Below are positions 11,456 to 24,639 of a DNA stretch of 64,000 bases, one piece after another. Origin of the DNA: Saprolegnia diclina VS20. Its lineage: Eukaryota. The stretch lies in assembly GCF_000281045.1 (NCBI RefSeq), contig NW_008246099.1, positions 306,372 through 370,371 on the forward strand, read 5' to 3'. The notes under the pieces were generated by a model that was given only the letters and a program-made list of their open reading frames with translations, was not told where the DNA came from and searched no databases. Position numbers and translations under genes: made by a program. Numbering within the stretch: the first letter of the stretch is position 1; each line of letters begins with the position of its first letter.

Positions 11456-13110
11456 GGCCAATAGATAGGTATAGGACGAGACGGAAGTCGGCCGGCGGTC
11501 GGAAGTTGCCAAGTGAGTTGCTGCCTCTACGCTCTTCTTCCGGAATTAACGTCTCCGAAATATTGCATATTAATATTGCACCCCCGAGGCTGATTCTTGA
11601 ACCCAGTACGATTTTATTTTCAGGTGCTTTTCCATCGCTTCATTTAAATCCAACACAGTGCGTCGTATACGAAAAGGCGCGCCGACTTGCATTAAATTGC
11701 GCCAATATTCCACGTGCACGCGAATAATAGTACAGTTCCACGCTGCATATTAATATACCGCGATCCGTGAAAAATTGGCTCTCCGCATAAACAAGCCAGT
11801 ATACCTTGCTCCAGATCCTTGGCAAGGGTGGCGAAATAAAAATGCACGCTTGCAGTGGGGCGGCGACCGGGTCGAATATTAATATTCGATGCGTCGGTAT
11901 GAGTCCAATGTTGCATTGAATTTTGCAGAAATTATTATTCAGCACAAAGTAGCTGCTGCGATTACATAGGTACACGGCTGACGACCTTCTACTGCGTGTG
12001 CGTGTGTGGAAAATACCATTCTTCACGGGTCGCCCGACATATTGGCTGCGCTCCCGTTTCATATTAGCGTCGAGAGTCGAGATATTGCATACTGAATATT
12101 TTACGCCACTGACTATGCACCCAAGCAGAATGTGCTTGCGGCATGGCGACTCGCTCCGACAACGCAAGCAGATTGGCTTGCTCAAGCTGCCAATGCGAGA
12201 CGTAGTTTCTCACACGCGTTCGAAGCTGGCGTGAGTCACGACGCCCCACGTGGCGCACTGTCCCAGGCGCTCGGCGGCCATCTGATAGGCTTTTGGCGCA
12301 CCACCTGGCGCCGATCTCCCGAGGTGGAGCGTCTTCGCGTGTGCGGAAGCGTTGCAGTGGTCAGATCTGGCGACCGCAGCGAGCCAGACAACTCGAGGCA
12401 CCCCACGCCTGCTTTCTCTTCCGACACGCAGACACTAGTTGGTACTTGGTGTTAGGTGGCTTTTGGTCGCCAACGAAAGAGTGGATTTCAGCGGCCCCGA
12501 TTCTTTTTCCCAAGATCGCACAAGTGATTCAGGCGGCATTACTCACGTGTTGTACTTCAAGGTAGACTTCAAGCGCGCCTTCAAGCCACAGCCGCGCCAA
12601 ATCACGCAGCAAGGACGCTGGGCTTCTGCACGCACACATACGAGTAGCTCGACCGAGTTGGATGAGGTGGGCCTCGCCGGCATCGTCGGTCGCGCATATC
12701 CCCGCTTGGCGCCACCTGGACTTGGGATCCACCGTGGACGCGACCTTCAACCAAGGTTGAAGCTGCGCACGGGTGGTGGCGGCGCGCTGTCGTGTAATCA
12801 CACGCGCCCGTGCTGCCACGTATGCTCGAGGAGCAAGCGGTCGAGTGGCTGGCTCATGGTTCAGGATTGCCCGACGTGCCGTGTAAAAAAGGCGCACGCG
12901 AGAGAGAAACGAGGGCTTGGGACACGGCGAGGGTCGGACATGGCCATTGTCTTTGCAGCGCCGACCAGACGTCGCGACGCTTGCGTCTTGGGTAAGCGAA
13001 TCTGGTGCAGTGCGAGAAGCGCGCCAGTGAGAGCAGTAATGCAGCGTGGATTCTAGCCTGTCAGCGACCGCGACGACGAGCGATCTTGAGCGGTCGCTGA
13101 AACCACGATC

Positions 13111-14065
13111 ATGGACGCCGACCAGTGTATCGACATTCGCACCTCCAATAGCAGCAGTAGCAGCAGTTGTGGCTCGAGCACGACCTCGGACAACGACAGC
13201 GACATCGAGAGTGCAGTCGATGACGACGGCACGAGCAAGCATTCGGCTGCGCTCGATTCGCTGGCGTGGGCACCGATCCTCGTCGCTGTGGTCGCGATCC
13301 CGACCGACGTCGTCACAGTTCTATGGGGCTGCCACCACCCGCACATCGACTGCTCTGCAGCGTACCCAACACTCGGCGTGGCCGCGCGCCACCGGCCGCA
13401 ACTGTATACCTACCTCGTTGGCACCGTTGTCGTGAGCGTGCTCTTCCTGACGACAGCCGCCCTCTTTGCATGGTTTCTGCACTTGTCGCTGCCGCCGACG
13501 CACCGGCGAATGGTAATTAGCGTGCTGCTCGGTGGCGCGCTCACCGCCATCTTGCTCGTCGTCGTTGCCATCCACGATACGCAGGGCCATCCCGCCGGCG
13601 TCTCCCTCCTCTCCACCACAAGCTTTCTCACAACGTGGGCGACGCTGCTTCTCATGCAGCACGCGCGCCGCACAGCTTTTGTCTTGCATCGGACCAAGGA
13701 CGTGAGCGAGCGACACCGACGGTGACGCCTTCCTGTGACGCGCACGTATTTACGCATGCAAAATGTGTAGCCTTCGCGGCATCGCGATCGGCGAGTACGC
13801 TATTGTACTGAGCGCGATGGCGTCCGTCGCCTGTACCGTCGCATCTCGTGGTAATGCGGGTTCTCACCGGATCTTCTTGTTGTATTTAGATGTCGTCACG
13901 GCGTTGGTCACAAGCAGCAGCAGCAAACTATTAGGGCCGGCCGTGTACGAAGGCTTTGTTGTCGCCAGCTGGAGCACGCTGGTGGCCTCCTTTGCGACCG
14001 AAATTGGACGACTGACCCGCTTGGTCGAACAGCACGACTTGAACGAGCTTTCGCGCCAAAAGTAA
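13111..14065 (+). CDS. Frag1/DRAM/Sfk1-like multi-pass membrane protein; intron about 13722-13770
   Basis: About six hydrophobic helices with a YPTLG loop after TM1 and a terminal YEGFVVASW...SFATE segment. Family call is by resemblance only. Confidence 0.55.
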
Positions 14066-14115
14066 TTCAAGAACGATGCATTCAGCTTCCCGCCAAAAAC
14101 AAAAGTCATTTCGAG

Positions 14116-15170
14116 TTAGGCCTGGCTTTGGAGGTACTCGACGAAGCGGTTGCCAATGTCGGCGCTCGGGAACGGGTGCAGCGTCGCCATCTTGGTGAAT
14201 TGGCGCCGGTGGCGACGCAACTCGGCCGTTGGCATTGCGCGGCCCACCTGCACGTAACTTCGTGGTCAAGGACGCTTGTGCTTCAGAACCCCAGAGAGAC
14301 ACGAGCCATGGGCAAAAAGGATATCGGTTTGGACGCGTGCGGGACGCGGAGTGCGTCGACAAGGTCCTGGAACTCGCGCTGGTGGACGATGAGCACATCG
14401 ACAATGGCAGCAGTCACTCGATCGAGCTCCTGTACAAACGTGGTCTCGACGATGGGCTTCTACGCAGCAATGTCGCTCCGAGACCCTTGACGTATCGGCT
14501 GCTACGTACCGCGATCGTGGCGATACCGGCCTTGATGACCTTTCCGTGCAAGACCGCATCCTCCACGTCACGCAGGCGATCGGCAACTGTGGTCGCGCAG
14601 AGGCTTTCGGGCGTCATGCGCAGCAGTGGCGCGTCCCACCGGTTCTTGGCGTTGGGCACTTCAAACCGCATGGCAATGGCCTCGATGCTATCGGCAATTG
14701 TGCTTGCCAAGTTTGAAATCCTAGCGCCACGTACGACTCGGGCGGGAAGCTGTCGCCAGCACGCTCCGCGTTGCGAGCAGAGGCCAAGGCCACCGGCGTG
14801 TCGACGTACACGACGCAGTGCGTGGTGGAGAGCTCCTTGGCAAGGCAAAAGAGCTCGTAGCGACAGCCCTTAATGTAGTTGAGCGTGTCCAAAATGACAA
14901 TCTTGTCTGCGCTCAAGTGCACATCGACGCGGCTCTTCATCGTACTCCGCGTCGTCTTCTCTGCCCTAGCATCTACAGTGCGGAGGCGTTAGCAGAGCAG
15001 GTAGACGCTGTATGCGACGAACCGCGGTAGGCGTCGGCGCGAATGAGGTGCTCGCTGTCGTAGCTAAGGCGCACGACGTCCTTGCCGAGGCTCACAAAGT
15101 GGTCGTGGAGCTGCGACGCAAACCACGTCTTGCCGGCGCCGGGCAGCCCGCAGAGCGTGACGAGCGGCAT
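14116..15170 (-). CDS. KTI12: KTI12 homolog (Elongator-associated P-loop protein); multi-exon
   Basis: MPLVTLCGLPGAGKT, ILDTLNYIKGCRYELFCLAK and MRFEVPNAKNRWDAPL; ends IGNRFVEYLQSQA*. Confidence 0.92.
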
Positions 15171-16515
15171 GGCGAGCGATTTTTATTCGCGCTGTGATTC
15201 GTCCATGTTGTAGCCAATCATATACGAGACGACCACATTTTACGTACTTGGAGTTTATATGCATAAAAAGGCAGCAGGTCCTCCACACACGTGTCGCCAC
15301 GCGATTGAAGTTACATTGAAACTTGCAATTTGTATGTGCAAATTGGCAGGACCTGCTGCAGGCTGTGGTCGGCACGACCAAGTGAGATCTTTGGGCAGCG
15401 CATGAGTCATCGGCGCGAGCTACCCGAGCCACTTCCTGCGCGCTGTGGGAAATGCTAACGCCAGTGTTTTTCACGTGCCGCGTGTCGCACGTCGTTCGAT
15501 TGCCGCCGAGGTGGACACCGGATCATCATCATCGATCGCTTGAAGTGCAATCTGAGCCGCGGCTTCTCTCCCTGCCGCGCAGTTGGGCGCTCACTTGATC
15601 GGGTGACGCGCCGCGCATCAACGCATAAAGGATCGCTGTCAATGACATGACTTTGCACCCAAAATGCGGGATCATGATTGATGCTTTGGCATCCGAGTCG
15701 TCGTTTCTAGCCCAACTTTTTATCGATTGGGCTAGAAAAGACGCCGGCTTGACCACAACGGAGCTACCAACCACCACGTTCTTGAGGATCTGCTCCGTGT
15801 TGACGCTAGGCGACGTCTCTGGAAGGATGTGCGGTGCGTCTTCTCTACGCCCGCGCTGACGCCACTGCAGCCATCTCCGCGCCGCGTGGATCGGCGACGG
15901 CCGAACCTTGAACCCTTCTTTTCTTTTGCTAAGATCTTGTTTCCGTCCGACCCTTTGACACTCTGTGTCGAGTCGACAGCAAAAGCAGACCCAAGCGTCG
16001 GGCTTGTGCGGTGCCGACTCTGCCATTCGATGCACAACGAACGGATATGCGCGTATATCTCGTACTTCTTTTCCCCACAGATTCTGGCAAGCGATTCTGC
16101 ACTCTCGCTGCTCGAAAACGCACCCGCACGACCGCAGTCGGAAGTCCTCTATCTTTGAAATGTGTAGTTGATTGAGAACACACAATAACAACCCAAGCCA
16201 GATAAGGCTAGAACCGCAATATCGTGGCCAATCTGGAACGATGGCCAGATCCAGAGCACTACCAGATCCGTCTTGACACGTCGAAGCGTTCCCTCCCTTC
16301 TTTGCGGGTGTGCCAGCCCATTCTCATCGAATAAGAACACAGAACGCATTCGGTTTTCATCCGTGGAATTCGACTGGGAGCGGATCCCTCGATGCAAATG
16401 TATAGAAGAGATCGTATATACCCTTGCTCTATGACGTTGCAGTGGTGGCAGTCGGCCTGGACTTTGACGCTTCAACACATCTACGTAGGGTGTTGGAACC
16501 AAGGCGGCGTCGTGT

Positions 16516-16580
16516 AAAACGCGAAAAACGCGAAAAACGCGAAAAACGTCGAAAAACGCACGGTAAACGCAAAAAACGCG
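16516..16580. repeat. Tandem 9-mer (CGAAAAACG) x4 plus degenerate copies upstream of WDR35
   Basis: Seen directly: cgaaaaacg cgaaaaacg cgaaaaacg t cgaaaaacg. Confidence 0.85.
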
Positions 16581-16641
16581 CTCCGAAATCTTGGTGTAAC
16601 ACGGCAAAGATCGCGTCGCTTGCGCGAGTCGTCGCAGTCGG

Positions 16642-19600
16642 ATGTTCATCTTCCTGAGCAAGAAGATCGCGATCCCGAACGGCGCGCAGCTCTGCTGTGC
16701 GTCGTGGAACCCGGAGCAAGGCTGGATCGCCTGCGGTGGCCAGAGCGGCCTCCTCAAGGTGCTCAAGCTCGAGTCCGCGACCTCCAAGGAAGGCAAGGGC
16801 ATGCGTGGCATCGCTGCGCAGAGCAACTTGACCATGAACCAGTCGCTGGATGGCCACGCGGGCTCGGTCGTCTGTGCGACGTGGAATGCCAACTACAAGA
16901 AGCTCACGACGAGCGACGAGAACGGCCTCATCATTGTCTGGATGATGCACCGCGGTATACTGGCCGTCCCGCTCTCCGATGCCAGCTGAGTAAGCATCTA
17001 TATGCTAGGCATGTGGTTTGAGGAGATGATCAACAACCGCAACAAGAGCGTCGTCAAGGACATGAAGTGGAGCAGCGACGGCCAAAAGATCTGCATCGCG
17101 TACGAAGACGGCGCCGTCATCGTCGGGTCCGTCGACGGCAACCGCCTCTGGGGCAAAGAGATGAAGGTCGACTTGTGCTTTGTCGAGTGGTCGCCGGACG
17201 GCAAGCACCTCGTGTTTGTGACCAAAGAAGGCGAGGTGAGCATCCACGACGGCTCGGGCAGCAAGATTGGCACGCTACCTCTCTACGCGGTCGACGCCAA
17301 GGACAAAAAATACAAGATCATTGGGCTCCACTGGTACGACGGCTGCGAAGGCCACGTCTCGGAGGACGCGCCGACGCTCGCGATCGCATTTGCCGACGGC
17401 AAGGTCCAAATCACCCGCGGGCGCTTCGACGAGGCCGCCGTGCTCATCGACACGGGCGTCGAGCTCACGCAGTGCAAGTGGAACTGTGACGGCACGGTGC
17501 TGGCGCTTGCGGGCACGCAGTCGACGCGCTCCAACGCCGGCGACGTGCGCGAGTTCAACATTGTCCAGTTCTACGATCCGTTTGGCCGATACCTGCGGTC
17601 GCTCAAGGTGCCGGGCAGCCGCATCGAGGCGCTGGCGTGGGAAGGTACCGGTCTCCGCATCTGCTTGGCCGTCGACTCGCACATCTACTTTGCCAACATC
17701 CGGCCCGACTACAAGTGGGGCTACTATGCGTCGACGCTCGTCTTTTCGTACAACCGCTCCGAGCAGGTACGCAATTTGAGATTGCATTTGAGATTGCACT
17801 TGAGATTGCACTTGGGTTTGAGATTGCACTTGGGTTTGAGATTGAGAGTGCTATGTAGGTCGAGAATTGCGTCGTGTTTTGGGACACGCGGTCGGACGAG
17901 CGGTACATCAAGAACGTTCGGTCGCTTCTGTCGATCAAGGCGGCGGGCGACAACTGTGTGCTCTGCGCCAAAGTCGTCAACGACAACCTCTACGCCGGCG
18001 AGAATGGCCCCGAGACGCCCACGAAGCAGTACTCGCTCGTGCTCTGCGATACGATTGGGTCGCCGATCGAAACCAAGATCTTGGATCTCGAGCCGCTCTT
18101 TTTGCACATGACGGCGCGCTTTGTCGTGGCAGCGGCCGCCGACGCCATCTACGTGTGGCAGTACCGGACGTCGACGGCCAAGCTCGGCGACGTTGGGCGC
18201 GGCGGCCGTGAGCGCATTTTCTACGTCGACGATAGCCAAGGCAGCGACGTCGAAGGCTTCCGCTACATGCCCCGGCCCCTCGAGGACCCGATCGTCGCCG
18301 TGTGCGCGTCGGACGCGTGGCTCGTGGTCGGGCGCGCGTCGGGCATGCTGCACTGCTTTACGCTGCCGCACATCTCGCTCGAAATGAAGTACATTGTGCC
18401 ATGCCGGCCCCAGCTTCTCGCGCTCAACTCCAACTCGTCGCAGTTGAGCATCATCGACATCAACAACGTGCTCACACTCATGGAGCTCGGGACGTCGTCC
18501 GGGAACACGAACCCGCTCCCGGCCAAGATGCTGCCGTTCGAGAAGAAGGACGCATGGGACATGATGTGGGCCGAAGACAACCCGGACCTCTTTGTCATGA
18601 TGGAGAAAGCGCGCATGTACGTGTACCGGTCGCTCGAAGCCGAAGAGCCCGTGCTCTCGTCCGGGTACCTCTGCACGTACAAGGACCTTCAAGTCAAAGC
18701 GGCGTTGCTCGACGATATCTTGAGCAGCCCCGATCAAACCGACAAAAGTCTCATCATCGACTACGAGACCCGGTCGCTGCGCGACGCACGCAACCTCCTT
18801 GAGAACGTCGGTCTGGCCGAAGCGTGTGACTTTATCCAAGGTACTGTATCAATGTATCAAGTGCATCCGATTGCATTGCACATAGACCACCCGCACCCGC
18901 GGCTCTGGCGCCTCCTTGCCGACGCCGCGCTCGAGCAGCTCGATTTTGCCATGGCCGAACGCGGCTTTGTCAAGTGCAGCGACTACAACGGCATCCAGTA
19001 CGTCAAGCGACTCCAGCTGCTCAACGACCGCACCAAACAGAAAGCCGAAGTCGCAGCGTACTTTCAGAGGTTTGACGACGCCGAAGCGCTGTACCGGAAG
19101 ATCGACCGCAAGGACCTTGCGATTGAGCTCCGGAAGCGTCTTGGCGACTGGTTCCGCGTGCTGCAGCTCGTGCAGTCGGGTATTTGGACTATCCAAGGGA
19201 TATACATACAAAGCGTGCTGTAGGCGGCGGCGACGACACGCTGCAGACGCAAGCATGGACGATGATCGGGGACTACTACGCCGACCGGCACAAGTGGGAG
19301 AAGGCCATCAAGTACTACGCCCAGTCGAACGAAACCGAAGCGTTGGTGCAGTGCCACTACACGCTCGGCGACTTTACGACGCTGGACGCGCTCGTCAACG
19401 ATTTGCCCGAAGGCTCGCCGCTCCTCGACGAAATGGCCCGCAAGTTTACGCGGGCGGGTCTCTGCAGCAGCGCCGTGAACGCGTACCTCAAGCTCCACGA
19501 CGTCAAGGCAGCGATCGACAGCTGCGTGCTCCTGAACGAGTGGGAGCGCGCCGTGGCGCTGGCCGAGACGCACAACTTTCCTCAAATTGAGAGCGTCCTT

Positions 19601-20482
19601 GCCAAGTACGGCGCGCACTTGCTCCGGAACGGCAAGACGCTGCAAGCGATCGAGCTATATCGTCGCGCCAACAAGAGCATGGACGCGGCCAAGCTCTTGG
19701 GAAAACTCGCCAAGGACGTCGGGCGCAACCCGCTCCGCGCCAAGAAGCTCCAGGTACACGTTTTCAGGATGGAAACAGACAATATGTACCCATGGAACAT
19801 GTAGATTCTGTCGGCGTTGGAGGTCGAGCGGTTTCGACGCAAGATGCTCGACACGACAGCCCTCGCGACCAAAACAGCGGGCGCGACCGCGGCGCAAGTC
19901 ACCGCGCAGACGCTGGAGAGTCTTGTGGCCCATGACGCAGCAACGAGCGAGAGCCGGTCGCTCGACAATGCGTGGCGCGGCGCCGAGGCGTACCACCTGC
20001 TGTTGCTCGCGCACCGGCAGCTGTACAAGGGCCAGCCCGAGCGCGCGCTTCGGACGAGCCTCAAGCTCGGTGCGTACGACGACTTGCTGGATGGCCGCGA
20101 GGTTTACTCGCTCATTGCGGTTGCTGCATACTACACCAAGTACTATGAACAGTGCAGCCGGGCGTTCATCAACCTCGAGAGCGTTCTCGGAACAGAGAAA
20201 GAGAAGGAGGCGCTCGAAGCTTTGGCGCTGCACATCTTTGCGAGCACGCGGCCGCAAGACCCGCCATCGCGACCGTACGACTGCCCGGGCTGCAAGCACG
20301 CGGTGAAGGAGTGGGCCACGCGCTGTGACAAGTGCAGCATGAGCTTCCAAACGTGCATGATGAGCGGTGCGACCATCTTTGACCACCGCACGTACCTCTG
20401 CAAGACGTGCCGCCACGCGTGCATCGAGCACGAGATCCGCGACCTCAACAACTGCCCGCTCTGCCACGCGCCGCTCAAATAA
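16642..20482 (+). CDS. WDR35: WD repeat protein 35 / IFT121 (IFT-A complex); multi-exon
   Basis: [13 protein letters not shown] start, [57 protein letters not shown] and a C-terminal zinc finger ending CPLCH. Confidence 0.96.
17775..17845. repeat. Intronic minisatellite, 12-bp unit TTGAGATTGCAY with 18-bp variants, inside WDR35 intron 17767-17858
   Basis: Seen directly; it produces the LRLHLRLHL artefact in the ORF track. Confidence 0.9.
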
Positions 20483-21420
20483 GAACTCTGAAAACTGTAT
20501 TGATATTCCAATCAACATGCGGCCGACTTGTCGTTGGGCAGCGATGTGGTTGGCGTGCCCATCTAGCAGTCGACGACATGTTGTCGCATATCGACTTGTG
20601 GTTGTTGCGCCCACTGATGCGATCTTGCTGGGATTGGCGGTTCCCACAGGACTATGACGTGGCAGCGCCTCGTGAAAGGATGTAACGCTAGTCGTATCGA
20701 AAAGGGTTGGCTTGCGTGAAGCGAAATCTTGAGGCGCTAAGCGTTGGTTTTATATATATATGACCATGTTTCGCGTTATCTTCATAATTACACAAAGAGT
20801 GCGTAGAGACTAGCAATCTCCTTCTTGACTAGCAATCTCCTTCTTCTTCATGCGCTCGCCGGGCCGTGGCTGCGCCGGCAGCGGCGCGGGGGCTCATTTG
20901 GCTCTTCTGTCGCCGCCCTACGACGTTTGTGGCTGCGAGTGAGGCACGGGACGACACGGTCGGTAAAATCTTTCCAGACGTCGCGGTCGGCGGCTTCATC
21001 GCTTTTGAACTTACCCCGACCGGACCGCACGTGTCATACGGCAGGGTGGTTGCAAGCGGGCGCCCTGTCGACGATGGACGGTAAAGAAACTCCTGTGGCC
21101 CATACTTGTGTCATGGGCTGGCAAGGGTCAGGGGACCGCACCTGTCAAGAGGACGCAGCTGGCATGAGGCGCTGCCACGTACCGGCCTCGTCCTGCATCT
21201 CAGTGCTGCAGCTTGTACGCTTCTTCGTCGTGTCGAGTCTTTCTCTTTGCTGTAATATAGTGAAGAGAAATACTAATATTATGTGATACAGTTAGGGAAC
21301 TCCATGCCGTCAACGGGTCCATGTAGCGGCCGACCGACCACTGTGCAGATTGTCCGAATTTTGGGTTCGAATGTCCGGATGCGCTTCAGATCCGGATACG
21401 GCGAAAGTGCACTTGGAAAT

Positions 21421-22200
21421 ATGACGACCGAGGTCGAGGCCGCGGCCAAGGAAGAGGAGCGCCGAAGGAAGAAGAGCGCGTACTCGAAAGCGTACTACGA
21501 GGCCAACAAGGCTACCGTCAGCCTAAAGCAGAAGCTGCGCCGTCAAGCCCGCTTGGCGACCACCCAAGTGAGCAAGCACGAGACGTGGCGGAAGCCGTCG
21601 CGGGCGTGCCAGCCGACCGGGCACCAGCGCCCGCGAGCTATCAAAACAGAGTGGTAGGCCGCTTCGGGCCATTGTCTACCATGTCAACGTGATCTTCATG
21701 TAGGCGAGCAGCGACGAACCGCAGTACTACAGACGCAGCACACCAGACCTTGTCGTGGTCCGACGCGCTGCGAGATTTACCGTTGACAGAGACGTTGCCC
21801 GCCGACCTGTTTGTCAAAGAGATCGACGAGTCCAAAGCACCGCCCGTCGATGAGCTCGTCCCGACGCGCTGTGCGTCAATATCGAATGAGACCACGCGCG
21901 ATTGGCTCTGCGTCTGTCCCTATTGCATGCAGTAAACGTAAATTTGGTTGGTGTTGTGCATCCCGGGCGCCAAATGTTATGTGTCCAAGAGACCTGCTCG
22001 TTGAGCTCGTCAAAGGTTGTATGCGTTGAGCTAGAGATCTCTCGAATGCGCAGCACCCCGTCTCACGGTACCAACAAGTGTACATCGTCACCTTGGCGTC
22101 TCCTATAACAAGCAACTCAGCCGAGCTGCTGCACTTGTCCCACTACGGCAACCCGCTCATGTCCTCCCGCGCTACGGCGATTTTGTGCACCATGTTGCGT
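21421..22200 (+). CDS. Hypothetical spliced protein with a basic N-terminus
   Basis: MTTEVEAAAKEEERRRKKSAYSKAYYEANK has coding-like codon usage and is followed by GT-AG-like breaks. The 3' end is uncertain. Confidence 0.3.
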
Positions 22201-22358
22201 TGAAAATTGCGCCGGTCCGGTCTAGCTTGTACTTCCTCAGCCCGGATGCCCGACACTGCCTGCTCTGCGATGTGCCCGGGGGAGTGGCGCTCTTACATGT
22301 AGCCAAACCATGTATGACAGACATACCACATCATATCAACTTGATATTCCGATAAGCT

Positions 22359-24146
22359 CTAATTGTCCTTCTCCGCCTGCGCAACTACGATGTACTTGAG
22401 CGCGACCTGGTAGAGTGCAAAGCAAACCACGCCAAGACCGAGCGCCACGAGCGTAAATGACGGGCGAGTTGACATCGTCGACCCGGCGGCACGCAGGTTG
22501 GCGCCTTGTAGTTGCACTGGCGCTTCGGTCCACGCCGGCATGTTGGGATCGCGCGGGATGTAGCACGTAAACCCTTCAAACCCGAGGTCGCAGCGGCATC
22601 GGCCGTTGATGCAGTCGCCGTGGCCGCTGCACTGCTCGCGGTTGACGCAGAGCACGGTCGGGTCGACGGCGCCGCCCGCCGCCGCAGTGGCAAACGACGC
22701 AATGTACGCAAAAAAGGCTTCGTCGTGGATCGAGCGCCCGCCTTGGAGAAACTTGGCGTCTGTCTTTTGAACGCTCGGGAAGAGGAGCTGGAACGTGCCT
22801 CGTCGGCTGTACTCGGTCGCGCCACCGAGAAGCTGCGCGGCGACGGGCGGTGAGAACCAGCCGGGGCACCGCCAACAGGTCATATCCCACGTGGCGAGCT
22901 GGTCGCGGCACTTGCTCTTGCAGTACGCTGGCGAGGCGAGTAGCGTTGCCTCTTGGAGGTCCGGTTCGTTGGGCGCACGGACACCGACGAGCTGGATGAC
23001 GTCGGCGGCTACGTTGTTGAGGAGACCCGTCTCCGCGCCGGTTGCAAACACTGGCCGGGGCACGAGCGACGGCGACCGCTCGACCCGGTCTAGAAAAGGC
23101 TGGCCGTCGTCTTGGATATGAAACACAAAGCCGAGGAGCTCAAACGCGCCGCTGGTCGTCGCTGCGTCGAGGAGCATTTGGCGCCGCCCCGCAATAAGCT
23201 TTGAGATCGCGCCGAGCGTCTCTTTGTGAAAGCGATCGACGTCGATATTGTGGTCGCGAAGGTATGCTTGCAAGACACGCCAGTGGTTGCTGCCCTCGGT
23301 GGCCGACGACGGCAGCTCGGTGTAGTAGTCTCGCAAGTCGGGCAGCTCCCACGGCGGGAGGTAGTCGTTGTCGTCGACAATGTACGAGGCGACGTCGGCG
23401 CTCGCATCAAGCGTTGTCGGGTACGGCTGCGTGCAGAAGCGCAAAAGCGCATTGTCGTAGACATACACACGTAGCGGATCGAGCGATGCAATGAGCACGA
23501 AGAAGCGAAGTTCAAACTTGCGGCCCGAGATGAGGAGTGGCTCCACGTACTTGGTCACAACGGCGTCCGGTGGGACGTCGTCGCTCTGCACTTGCGGCAG
23601 TCCTTTGAGGAGCGACGTGTGACCGCTGGCGTGCACGAGCCAGCGGCGATTGTACGCGGCGTCGACGGTGGCCTTTTCGGCCACCAGCGGGGTGTTGAGA
23701 ACGTCACGGATCGCTTGTAGGAGCGCTGGTTTGTCCTGCGGAAGGCGAAACGCAGGTGCGACAAAGCCAAAGTCAAAGGCACCGAATTGCCGCTGCAGCG
23801 CCGCGTGCGAGCGGTGGAGCTTCTCAGTCAAGACCGCGGCGCCGTCCAGATGATTGATTCGGTGGCGAGGTGCGAGCTCGCCGAGGGCGTTGGATGGCGG
23901 CGCCTCGTTCGACCAGAGCAGATCGTACATGGCCGTATCGGCTGCCGCCGTCCACGAGGGCGCGTCGAGCTGCAGCTCGCTGATGCCATGCAGGTACAAC
24001 GCCCGCCGAATGGGCCCGTTGGCATCAACGTCGGCGTCGGGCAGGAGCGCCACCTTGTTGGGCCGCTGGGCGTCCCGCGCAGAGACGCCCGGCAGCAGCA
24101 TGAGGCAGCAGCTTAGCCACGCGAGAAGGCCCCGGACAACCGCCAT
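22359..24146 (-). CDS. TTL-family ATP-grasp protein (degenerate active site) with signal peptide, EGF-like domain and C-terminal TM
   Basis: Signal-like MAVVRGLLAWLSCCLMLLPGVSA; RINHLDG; YVEPLLISGRKFELRFFVLIASLDPLRVYVY; EGF CSGHGDCINGRCRCDLGFEGFTC; TM FTLVALGLGVVCFALYQVAL. Confidence 0.85.
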   Translation of the reverse strand: MAVVRGLLAWLSCCLMLLPGVSARDAQRPNKVALLPDADVDANGPIRRALYLHGISELQLDAPSWTAAADTAMYDLLWSNEAPPSNALGELAPRHRINHLDGAAVLTEKLHRSHAALQRQFGAFDFGFVAPAFRLPQDKPALLQAIRDVLNTPLVAEKATVDAAYNRRWLVHASGHTSLLKGLPQVQSDDVPPDAVVTKYVEPLLISGRKFELRFFVLIASLDPLRVYVYDNALLRFCTQPYPTTLDASADVASYIVDDNDYLPPWELPDLRDYYTELPSSATEGSNHWRVLQAYLRDHNIDVDRFHKETLGAISKLIAGRRQMLLDAATTSGAFELLGFVFHIQDDGQPFLDRVERSPSLVPRPVFATGAETGLLNNVAADVIQLVGVRAPNEPDLQEATLLASPAYCKSKCRDQLATWDMTCWRCPGWFSPPVAAQLLGGATEYSRRGTFQLLFPSVQKTDAKFLQGGRSIHDEAFFAYIASFATAAAGGAVDPTVLCVNREQCSGHGDCINGRCRCDLGFEGFTCYIPRDPNMPAWTEAPVQLQGANLRAAGSTMSTRPSFTLVALGLGVVCFALYQVALKYIVVAQAEKDN

Positions 24147-24639
24147 TGCTGCACGAATGCGCCAGATAAAATACACGTGTTCCGATACGACGTCGCGCGA
24201 CACTAGACGCACGCAACTTTCGAGGTCCCGTCCATGGCTGCAAAAGGCCCCAGCTCATGCACGGCCTGTCAGTAGGCTTGCGGTCCCGCTTCTTATGTGA
24301 TCCAGTCCACCAGCATGCTGTCGTCACCTCGCAGCGGCAGCCTCGCTGTAGTCCTCGCGTTTGGGAGTCGACAAACGCGCCTTCTGCTCAGCGCAGTTGT
24401 GCATCGGGGGTTGGCTGGTGTCAACAACACAAGCTACGCGATACATTGGTGCCTTGAGTAGCAGCGCGTCGCGGCGGCGACCACTCCAGCGAGCTTCGAT
24501 TATCGAGGCGGGAAAGGTTTGCGTGCGTTTAGTCAGCGTCGTTGCCTTTCTAAAAAATCGATCTTTCCCAAATCTTTCGAAATTCACGCAAGTGCAACGT
24601 AGGAAGATCCCAGAGTTGCCGATCGGACGCGTCTCGCCC

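Noticed and set aside
11512..13100. Long divergent intergenic region scanned for tRNA, snRNA or TPP riboswitch
   Set aside because: No convincing conserved RNA motifs by eye; an Infernal/Rfam scan would be needed.
15200..16500. ORFs of 220-247 aa between KTI12 and WDR35
   Set aside because: Non-coding-like composition, no motifs, and partly generated by the tandem repeat.
17767..17858. LRLHLRLHL low-complexity peptide, or a CRISPR-like repeat
   Set aside because: It is an intronic tandem repeat bounded by GT..AG, with no unique spacers and no cas genes, in a eukaryotic context.
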